Positions 18,594-27,500 of a stretch of 64,000 nucleotides of DNA are shown one piece after another. Position 1 is the stretch's first letter; each line of letters begins with the position of its first letter. The position numbers were made by a program, and so were the translations under genes. Source of the DNA: Flavobacteriales bacterium. Lineage in GTDB: Bacteria > Bacteroidota > Bacteroidia > Flavobacteriales > UBA7312. The stretch covers positions 497 through 64,496 of the forward strand of contig JASJHQ010000035.1 in NCBI GenBank assembly GCA_037625715.1. Direction: 5' to 3'. Under the pieces are notes generated by a model. That model saw only the letters and a list, made by a program, of their open reading frames with translations. It did no database searches and was not told where the DNA came from.

Positions 18594-19360
18594 TTTAGGT
18601 TTTCTTGCAACAGTACTTTTAATTGTTCTATTGTTAGACTGATTTCTAGTTTTCCTTCCATGGCAACTGATATCTTACCTCTTTCTTCGGAAACGATAAT
18701 AGCTATAGAATCAGTACTTTCTGTTATTCCAGCTGCAGCTCTATGGCGCATACCTAAATTATTAGGGAACGAATCGTTTTCAATAACTGGTAAAACACAT
18801 CTTGCAGCCATTACTTGATCTCCTGTTATTATAACAGCACCATCATGAAGAGGGCTGTTTTTGAAAAATACACTTTGAAGAAAGATACTTGTTGTTTTAG
18901 CTTTTATTATTTCGCCTGTTTCTATATAACTTCCTAGGTTATTTTCTTTAGTAATAACTATAATAGCTCCTGTAAATGATTGAGCCATCTTGTCGCATGC
19001 ATCTACGATTTCATCAATTTTAACCTCAAGACTCGATTCGTCATTTATCCAATTAAACTTAAGTACTCCATCTTTGGATAGAAATTTTGTGTTTCCAATC
19101 ATTAGTAAAAATCTTCGAAGTTCTTGTTGAAAAACAATTATGACAGCAATTACACCCACGCCAATAAATTGGCCTAAAATTTCACTCAACAATGCCATTT
19201 GCAGAGCTTCTACAAGCTTCCACAGAAGGTATATGGCAGTTATGCCAATAAATATTTTTATAGCTACAGTACCTCTTACCAGCTTATATAGTTGAAAGAG
19301 TAAAAACGCTACAAGAAGTATGTCGATTATATCTAAAAGATTGAATTCTAAAAAGTCCAT
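18590..19360 (-). CDS. cdaA: Diadenylate cyclase (c-di-AMP synthase), membrane-anchored CdaA type
   Basis: 256 aa. Three N-terminal TM helices, then a DAC domain with GAIIVI, LHDGAVII and GMRHRAAAG(I)TE motifs. Confidence 0.9.
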   Translation of the reverse strand: MDFLEFNLLDIIDILLVAFLLFQLYKLVRGTVAIKIFIGITAIYLLWKLVEALQMALLSEILGQFIGVGVIAVIIVFQQELRRFLLMIGNTKFLSKDGVLKFNWINDESSLEVKIDEIVDACDKMAQSFTGAIIVITKENNLGSYIETGEIIKAKTTSIFLQSVFFKNSPLHDGAVIITGDQVMAARCVLPVIENDSFPNNLGMRHRAAAGITESTDSIAIIVSEERGKISVAMEGKLEISLTIEQLKVLLQENLN

Positions 19361-20211
19361 TATAGATTATTTTGAGCTAAATTAAACAATTTAATACATT
19401 CGACAGCTTCCTTAACATCGTGAGATCTAAGAATGGAAGAGCCCTTGCTAAGACAGAGGTGGTGTAAAAATGTTGTTCCGTTTAAAGCATCTTTTGCTTC
19501 AACTTGTAGTGTTTTGTACACCATTGATTTTCTAGAAATCCCTGCTAAAATAGGTAAGCCTAATTGTTTGAAGTGATCCATGTTGTTTAGTAACTTGTAG
19601 TTTTGTTCTAGTGTTTTGCTAAAACCAAATCCTAGATCGATCACAACTTGATTAATGTTCATTGAAAGTAACTTTTCTATTTTCAATTTAAAGTATTCGA
19701 ACACTTCACCAACTACATCTTCATAAGATGTTAATGACTGCATGCTTTGTGGCGTACCTTTCATATGCATCATTATGTATGGAGATTTTAACTCTTCAAT
19801 TGTCTTAAACATATTTTGGTCAAGCTCACCACCAGAAATATCATTTATTATATCTACTCCATAATGATGGGCTTTTTTAGCAATCTCAGAATGATATGTA
19901 TCAATTGAAAACCAAGTATTTGGAAATTCTTTATTAATAATGTTTAAAAAATCGCTTAATTTTTTCCATTCTTCATCTTTGCTAATAGCAACAGAATTAG
20001 GGTTGGAGGATGCTGCGCCTATATCAATAATTGAGGCTCCTTCATCTAGCATTTTGCTTACTTGATCAATGGATTTATTTATAGAATTAAATTTGCCTCC
20101 ATCGTAAAATGAATCGTCGGTTATGTTTAGGATTCCCATTACTTTAGGTGTTGATAAATCCAATGTTTTTGAACCTGATTTTAGTTGGAAATTATTAATT
20201 TTATGGTGCAT
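19360..20211 (-). CDS. folP: Dihydropteroate synthase
   Basis: 283 aa. GILNITDDSFYDGG, IIDIGAASSNP, DISGG, GFGFSKT. The stop overlaps the cdaA start by 1 nt (TAATG). Confidence 0.92.
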   Translation of the reverse strand: MHHKINNFQLKSGSKTLDLSTPKVMGILNITDDSFYDGGKFNSINKSIDQVSKMLDEGASIIDIGAASSNPNSVAISKDEEWKKLSDFLNIINKEFPNTWFSIDTYHSEIAKKAHHYGVDIINDISGGELDQNMFKTIEELKSPYIMMHMKGTPQSMQSLTSYEDVVGEVFEYFKLKIEKLLSMNINQVVIDLGFGFSKTLEQNYKLLNNMDHFKQLGLPILAGISRKSMVYKTLQVEAKDALNGTTFLHHLCLSKGSSILRSHDVKEAVECIKLFNLAQNNL

Positions 20212-20230
20212 ATTTTAATCTAATCAAACA

Positions 20231-20764
20231 ATGAATAAAACCAATCTTGAGTACGATGAGGCAATGTCCAAATGTAAGGATATTTTTACCAAAAAAATGA
20301 AAGATTATGGAGCGGCTTGGAGGATTTTAAGGCTTTCTTCATTGACAGATCAAATATTTATTAAAGCTCAACGTATTAGAAGTATAGAGATGAAAGGCCA
20401 TCAAATGGTTGATGAAGATATTTCTAATGAGTTTGTGGGCATTGTTAATTATTCTATAATCGCACTTATTCAGCTAGAGAAGGGTGTGGTTGATCAGCCA
20501 GATGTTGAGCTTGATGAAGTAATTGAATTGTATGAAACGTTTTATCAAAATGCAAAAAGTTTAATGGAATCCAAGAATCACGATTATGGTGAAGCATGGA
20601 GAGAAATGAGAGTTTCTTCATTAACAGATTTGATACTTCAAAAACTTTTAAGAGTTAAACAAATTGAAGATAATAATGGCGAAACACTTATTTCTGAAGG
20701 TATAGACGCTAATTATTATGACATGATAAATTATGCTGTTTTTTCACTAATTAAATTAAAATAA
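20231..20764 (+). CDS. DUF1599-type protein (internally duplicated all-helical domain)
   Basis: 177 aa with two clear repeats: KDYGAAWRILRLSSLTDQIFIKAQRIRSIE and HDYGEAWREMRVSSLTDLILQKLLRVKQIE. The family name is from recollection. Confidence 0.6.
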   Translation: MNKTNLEYDEAMSKCKDIFTKKMKDYGAAWRILRLSSLTDQIFIKAQRIRSIEMKGHQMVDEDISNEFVGIVNYSIIALIQLEKGVVDQPDVELDEVIELYETFYQNAKSLMESKNHDYGEAWREMRVSSLTDLILQKLLRVKQIEDNNGETLISEGIDANYYDMINYAVFSLIKLK

Positions 20765-20767
20765 AAA

Positions 20768-21907
20768 ATGAAGATTGTAACTTTTTTTTCAAGAATTGTA
20801 GTAGGGGTTTTGTTTATTATTTCCGGATTAATTAAAGCAAATGATGCTATCGGATTTTCTTACAAGCTAGAAGAATATTTCTCGCCTGATGTATTAAATT
20901 TAGAATTTTTAATTCCTTTTGCATTTATAATTGCTGCAGCTATTTGTGTAGTTGAGATTGTTTTAGGGATTATGGTTATAATAGGTTCTCGTGCTAAGCT
21001 TACCTCTTTGCTTTTAATGGCAATGATTTTGTTTTTCACTTTTCTTACGTTTTATTCTGCATATTTTAATAAAGTAACCGATTGCGGATGTTTTGGTGAT
21101 GCGATTAAGCTAACACCATGGGGTTCTTTTAGAAAAGACATCATTCTTTTATTCTTTATCACTATTTTAATGGTAGAGCATAAAAATATTAAGTCATTAC
21201 TTTCCATTAAAAAGGAAAATATGCTCATTGCAATTATTACTTTTTTCTCAGTAGCATTCGTTTACCATACTTACAATCATTTGCCGATAAAAGATTTTAG
21301 ACCTTATGCTGTCGGTAAAAACATTAACGATGGAATGATGTCTTGTTCAGAATTAGGACTTCCTTGTACCGAAGAGGCATATTTCTATATTGTGAAAGAT
21401 AAATCTTCAGGAATTGAGATGGAAATCTTATCTACTGTATACCAAGATAATTGGGAGAATTATGATTTTATTTCAAGTACAGATAAAACAGTCGTACTTC
21501 AAGAAGGGTACGAACCTCCAATTCATGACTTCAGCATTTCTATTGACGATGCCGATTATACGTCTGATATTCTAGATCAAGAAAATGCTTTACTCTTCAT
21601 TTGTTATAATATAAATAAGACAGAGGACGATTCTTTTGAAGAATTAAATAAGTTGTATGATTTTGTAATTTCCGATTCACTAGCTTCGTTTATTCCTTTG
21701 TCTGCATCTGGTAATGACGATTTGAAAAACTTTAAAGCAAAAAACAATGTTGCTTTTGACTTTTACTTTACGGATGAAACAACTCTAAAAACAATTGTTA
21801 GATCTAATCCTGGATTAGTACTTTTAAATAAAGGAACTATAGTTGCAAAGTGGCATTTAAATGACATTCCTGATTATGAGTCGATTAAAAATCTATTTAT
21901 TAAATAA
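20768..21907 (+). CDS. DoxX/MauE-like membrane domain fused to a C-terminal thioredoxin-fold-like domain (BT_3928-type)
   Basis: 379 aa. Four or five N-terminal TM helices with a TDCGCFGD motif, then a roughly 200-aa soluble domain. Confidence 0.6.
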   Translation: MKIVTFFSRIVVGVLFIISGLIKANDAIGFSYKLEEYFSPDVLNLEFLIPFAFIIAAAICVVEIVLGIMVIIGSRAKLTSLLLMAMILFFTFLTFYSAYFNKVTDCGCFGDAIKLTPWGSFRKDIILLFFITILMVEHKNIKSLLSIKKENMLIAIITFFSVAFVYHTYNHLPIKDFRPYAVGKNINDGMMSCSELGLPCTEEAYFYIVKDKSSGIEMEILSTVYQDNWENYDFISSTDKTVVLQEGYEPPIHDFSISIDDADYTSDILDQENALLFICYNINKTEDDSFEELNKLYDFVISDSLASFIPLSASGNDDLKNFKAKNNVAFDFYFTDETTLKTIVRSNPGLVLLNKGTIVAKWHLNDIPDYESIKNLFIK

Positions 21908-21909
21908 TT

Positions 21910-22986
21910 TTGATTTCACTCGTTTTTAAAAGAATTGCCTACAGTTTCCTAGTAATGCTAGGAGTTCTAACTGTAGTGTTTTTTCTGTTTAATGTTTTGC
22001 CTGGTGACCCTGCACGAATGATGTTAGATCAGAGGGAAGACCAAGAGCAATTACAAAACATTAGAGTTAAATATGGGTTTGACTTACCTCTTTCTCAGCA
22101 ATACTTTTATTATGTAAATGATGTAATGCCATTGTCTTTTCATCATAATGGTCCAGATTCATTCACTAATTTAACTAAAAAAGATTATAAATTCTTTAGC
22201 TTAATTAATGTTGGTTTTTATCATCTTGTTCTCAAAACTCCTTACCTAAGAGATTCCTTTAAAAAAACAGGGATGTCAGTAAATAAGATTATTGGCAATA
22301 CTTTGCCAAATACCATTCTTTTAGCAACAACTTCTATTTTAATTGCTCTTATTATAGGACTATTTGTTGGGGTATTGTCTGCAGTTTTTAAAGATAGTTT
22401 GTTAGATAAGCTAGCCTTGTTTTTTGGTGTTTTAGGAATGTCTGTACCTTCTTTCTTTTCTGCAATTGTTATCGCTTGGGTATTTGGTTATTTATTGTCA
22501 GATTTTACAGGATTAAATATGACAGGAAGTCTTTACACTGTTGATAATTATGGTAGGGGGGAATACCTTACTCTTTCTAATCTAATCTTACCTGCTTTAA
22601 CCTTAGGAATTAGACCTTTAGCTGTTATTATACAACTTACGAGAAGTTCTGTTTTAGAAACATTATCAAAAGATTATGTTCGTACTGCAAGAGCTAAAGG
22701 ATTAAGCTTTGCTAAAGTCTTGAAAAAGCATGTTTTAAAGAACTCGCTTAACCCTGTTGTTACAGCAGTTTCTGGATGGTTTGCTAGCCTGTTAGCTGGT
22801 GCAGTTTTTGTAGAGTACATTTTTGCTTGGAACGGATTAGGCAAAGAAATTGTAGAAGCTTTAAATCATTTAGATTTACCTGTAGTTATGGGCTGTGTTC
22901 TAACAATTGGCTTTATGTTTGTAGTGATCAATATTTTAGTAGATATAATATACGGATTTTTAGATCCACGAATAAGAATTAGATAA
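21910..22986 (+). CDS. ABC transporter permease (OppB/DppB-type), stand-alone
   Basis: 358 aa, TTG start at 21910. DYVRTARAKGL EAA-type motif and DPRIRIR end. No SBP, second permease or ATPase adjacent. Confidence 0.85.
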   Translation: MISLVFKRIAYSFLVMLGVLTVVFFLFNVLPGDPARMMLDQREDQEQLQNIRVKYGFDLPLSQQYFYYVNDVMPLSFHHNGPDSFTNLTKKDYKFFSLINVGFYHLVLKTPYLRDSFKKTGMSVNKIIGNTLPNTILLATTSILIALIIGLFVGVLSAVFKDSLLDKLALFFGVLGMSVPSFFSAIVIAWVFGYLLSDFTGLNMTGSLYTVDNYGRGEYLTLSNLILPALTLGIRPLAVIIQLTRSSVLETLSKDYVRTARAKGLSFAKVLKKHVLKNSLNPVVTAVSGWFASLLAGAVFVEYIFAWNGLGKEIVEALNHLDLPVVMGCVLTIGFMFVVINILVDIIYGFLDPRIRIR

Positions 22987-22988
22987 AA

Positions 22989-23741
22989 ATGAGAAAAAAA
23001 ATAGTAGCAGGAAATTGGAAAATGAATAACAATCTTTCAGATGGTGTTCAATTATCCCTAGAGGTGAATAAATTCTTAAACGATAACCCTAATGATGTAG
23101 AAGTAATATTAGGTGTGCCTTTTATTCATTTACAATCAGTTAACGAGATAGAAAATAAAAAAATTAATGTAGCTGCACAAGATTGTAGTACTCACCAATC
23201 GGGAGCTTACACTGGTGAGATATCTGCTTCTATGATAGAGTCAACAGGAGCAAATTATGTTATTATTGGCCACTCTGAAAGAAGAATGTATCACAACGAG
23301 TCTAATAATGATTTAGCTAAAAAAGTAAATAGCGCATTAAGCAATGGACTTAAAGTGATTTTTTGTTGTGGTGAGTCATTACCTGAAAGAGAATCTAAAT
23401 CTTACTTTAATTTAATAGAAAGACAATTAGAAGAATCGTTATTTCATCTTTCTGAAAAACAAATGGAAGATGTAGTTATAGCTTACGAACCGATTTGGGC
23501 AATAGGTACTGGTGTTACCGCTTCTTCAGAACAGGCTCAGGAAATGCATAAATTTATAAGAAAATTGATTGAAACTAAATACAATCAAAACACAGCAGAT
23601 CAAACATCTATTTTATATGGAGGGAGTTGCAAGCCAACTAACGCAAACGACTTATTTTCTAAAGAAGATGTAGATGGTGGTTTGATTGGTGGCGCTTCTT
23701 TAAAAGCCTCCGATTTTAGTCAAATTATTACCTCTTTTTAA
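22989..23741 (+). CDS. tpiA: Triosephosphate isomerase
   Basis: 250 aa. AGNWKMN, IGHSERR, AYEPIWAIGTG, GGASL. Confidence 0.95.
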   Translation: MRKKIVAGNWKMNNNLSDGVQLSLEVNKFLNDNPNDVEVILGVPFIHLQSVNEIENKKINVAAQDCSTHQSGAYTGEISASMIESTGANYVIIGHSERRMYHNESNNDLAKKVNSALSNGLKVIFCCGESLPERESKSYFNLIERQLEESLFHLSEKQMEDVVIAYEPIWAIGTGVTASSEQAQEMHKFIRKLIETKYNQNTADQTSILYGGSCKPTNANDLFSKEDVDGGLIGGASLKASDFSQIITSF

Positions 23742-24565
23742 TGATTTTTAAACAAATAAATTTAAAGTTTAATCCAGTAAGTCCTTGGTCAGATATCTTA
23801 ATTGCTTATTTGGCTGAATTGGATTATAATAGTTTTGAAGAAACGGATGATGGATTAAAAGCCTTTGTAGAAACGGATAAGTTTTTTGAAGAAAAATTAA
23901 AGCAAGTTTTGTCTGACTTAGACGTTAAAGTAGAATACGAAGTTCATATTTTAAAACAAGAAAATTGGAATGCGAAATGGGAATCTAACTTTAAACCTGT
24001 AATAATTGATGATAGATGTGGAATAAGAGCATCTTTTCATCCTCCATTAGAGGTAAAGCATGAAATTGTGATTACTCCTAAAATGTCATTCGGAACAGGC
24101 CATCATTCCACAACTTCAGGAATGATGAAAACTATGATGGATTTAGATTTCAGTAATAAAAAAGTGCTGGACATGGGATGTGGCACGGCTGTTTTAGCAA
24201 TTCTTGCTAGCAAGCTTAAAGCAAAACAAATCTTAGCTATTGACATAGACGAGTGGGCTTATACAAACTCAATAGAAAATGTAGAGATTAATCAAGCAGA
24301 CAATATTGAAGTTCTTCAGGGTGGAAGCGAACACATTAAAGATAATTTTGATATTGTTTTAGCTAATATTAATAGAAATGTTTTATTGAGTGATATGGAT
24401 GTCTACTCTAATTCTTTGGTTAAAAATGGAGACATTTTATTAAGTGGTTTTTACACTGAAGATCTAGCTTTAATTTCTGAAAAATCTAATGACTGTGGCT
24501 TAACGTTTATTAGTAGTACTAATCAAAATAATTGGGTGACAGCTCACTTTCAAAAAACACACTAG
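23741..24565 (+). CDS. prmA: Ribosomal protein L11 methyltransferase
   Basis: 274 aa. PrmA N-domain, FGTGHHSTT, VLDMGCGTAVLAI, DIDEWA. The start overlaps the tpiA stop. Confidence 0.9.
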   Translation: MIFKQINLKFNPVSPWSDILIAYLAELDYNSFEETDDGLKAFVETDKFFEEKLKQVLSDLDVKVEYEVHILKQENWNAKWESNFKPVIIDDRCGIRASFHPPLEVKHEIVITPKMSFGTGHHSTTSGMMKTMMDLDFSNKKVLDMGCGTAVLAILASKLKAKQILAIDIDEWAYTNSIENVEINQADNIEVLQGGSEHIKDNFDIVLANINRNVLLSDMDVYSNSLVKNGDILLSGFYTEDLALISEKSNDCGLTFISSTNQNNWVTAHFQKTH

Positions 24566-24566
24566 A

Positions 24567-27500
24567 ATGAAAAAGTTAATCTATTTTCTTTTTTTTATAT
24601 TGTTTATTTCAAATTCAATAAGCGCACAATCTTCTAAAAAGATTAAGTCTTTTACTGAAGAGAGTAATGTTTTTATTGATGAGTTAAATACTTTTATGTC
24701 TAGCTCCTCGAGTGAAGAACTAGGAAAGTTTATGAAAAAATTCTCCAAGAACTGGAAAAAAGGTATTTATTCATCGGACAAACAAAAAGGTATCTATGAT
24801 ATTTCTAATGCGCTTTTGAAAAAAAGAAAAAGACCTTCTCATTTTCTAATTTTTTTAGAGTCTTTAGAGTCTTTTTCTAGAAATCAAACTTTTAATTCCG
24901 AATTTGGCAATTGGTCTCATATCGTTAAAGAGATGATACCAAATTCTTCCACTTCACAGCAGCTTAAATTTTTAGTTTTCTCTAGAAATTTATTTAATGA
25001 AAATTTATTAGTTACTAACCGTTCTTTAAGCTGGAAGGTTTCATCTTCTACCTTTTCTTTTGAATATGACTCTGTTCCACATATAGTTTTCAAAGAGCCT
25101 TTAGATTTGACTTGTATTGCTAGAGGGGACACTTTAGTTGTTCGTCAGACTTCCGGACGTTATACTCCGCTAAAAACATATTGGATTGGAAAAGAAGGCT
25201 TAATGGATTGGAACAAAGCTGGCTATACTATAGCTGAAGTTTATGCCGAATTATCCGATTATTCTATCAATACTAGTAGAGCGGGCTTTAAAGCAGATTC
25301 TGTTTTATTTTATAATTCGAATGTTTTTGATGATAAACCTATTAAGGGTTCTTTTGAGGATAAGCTAGTTAAAAGAAAAAAAACAGAAACAAGTTCTTTT
25401 TATCCTAAGTTTGATTCCTACGATAAAAATATTGTTTTATCAGACTTAATTGAAGACGTTGATTTTGAAGGTGGTTATTCCCTTCATGGTGATCGTTTCG
25501 TTTCTAACTCTGGAGATGGACATACTGCAGATTTAGTTTTTTACAGAAATGATAAAAAGTTTATTGTTATTTCTTCTTCTAGAATAGCTATTTCTGGAAA
25601 AAGAGTCATTGCTTCAAATGCTTCAATGAAAATGTTGTTTGACAACGATTCTATTGTTCATCCTGGACTAAATTTATCTTATAACCAAGAGGATAGAAGA
25701 CTAGATTTAAATAAAGATGATTCAGGTATTTCCGTTGCTCCATACATCAATACTTATCATGATCTTGAAATGAACTTTCAAAATCTTAATTGGTATATCG
25801 ACGATGATTCAATTTCATTTGGAAGCATGGCAGGTAACAGTTCTGGATCAGCTAATTTTGAGTCATCTAATTATTTTAAAGAAGATAAATTTGATAATCT
25901 TTTGGGATTAGATAGCGAACACCCCTTGTTAAGAATTCAGAAGTTTGCTAAAAAGTATGCTGTTGACAACGAGTTTTTAATACAAGACTTTTTAAATTTA
26001 TCTAATTATTCTGATGATCAGGATATTCGTTATTTAATAAACTTAGCAGCTAAGGGATACATTATTTATAATTCGATTACTGGAAAAGGTTTAATTAAGG
26101 AAAATGTTAGTAGAAGCATTTTAGCTAAGTCTAAAAAAATTGATTTTGAAGAACTTAATTTCTTTTCTGAATTCCCAAAAGATGGTAAAAATGCTTTGCT
26201 AGATTTAAATACTATGAACCTTACAATTTATGGAGTTTCAAGTGTTAAAATAAGTTCAGTAAGAGATGTTATTGCTTTTCCTACTAATAATGAAGTTGTG
26301 GTTAGAAAGGGAAGAGATTTCTCAATGGGTGGTAAATTGCTGGCAGGAAATGCTGGGAGATTCAGAATTAATTCGGAAGCTATCGAATTTAATTATGAGG
26401 AATTTAAATTATATTTTCAAGATGCTACCACTCAAATTTGGATTCCTAACAATAGAGGTGAGTATAATCAAAAAGGAAACTTAGTTTTAGAGCCTATTGA
26501 GAGCGAAATAACTATTTCTAATGGAGAGTTGTTGGTAGATACTAGTATTAATAAGTCAGGTATTTGGCAAGAAGATTATCCTCAATATCCTATTATAAGG
26601 AGTTACGATAGATCAAAGGTTTATTATGACGACATTAATATTTTAGGTGGTGTTTATGATAGAAATAAATTCTTTTTTGATATTGATCCTTTCGAAATAG
26701 ATTCTTTAGATACATATGATAGGACTTCTCTTTCTTTTCCAGGAGTTTTTAATTCTGGAGATATTTTTCCAACATTTGAGCAAGAATTAAGAGTTCAAGA
26801 GGATAATATTTTAGGATTTTCTATTTTGATTGCTGAAGATGGCTTACCATTATATGTAGACAAAGGTTATTTTGAAGGAAACAACCACTTGTCATTAGAT
26901 AAAAGTGGATTAAGAGGAGAAGGAAATTTTACTTATTTAACATCCATAACCGAGTCTAAAGATTATATTTTCTATTTAGATTCGATGAACACAAATGCCT
27001 TGAGTTTCGATTTAATTAAGAAAGCGGATGGTGTTCAGTTTCCTCAAGCAAAGGCTCTGAATGTTTACGAACATTGGGAGCCTTATAATGATGTGTTAGA
27101 GATAAAAAATAATGAGAACGCATTTGCAGTCTATGATGATAAACTGTCGCTTGACGGACATTTATTTTTAAGACCAGAAGGACTGAAAGGTGGTGGACTA
27201 ATTAACCTTGATGATTCTAAATTAAATTCTGAATTATATACGTTTGACTTAGAAGAGTTTTACTCTGACACTGCTGACTTTGCTCTAGAAAGAACAGATA
27301 TTGATGCCCTTGCCTTTGAGTCAATCAACCTTCAGACTAAAATTAATATGGTTAGTAGAGTGGCTCAGTTTAACTCAAATGGTTCTGGTTCGTTTGTAAA
27401 ATTCCCTAGTAATAAATACATATGTTATATCGATGAATTGAAATGGTTCATGGATAAAAAAGAAGTTGTTTTAGGTAATATTGACGGATTCGGTTCTGGT

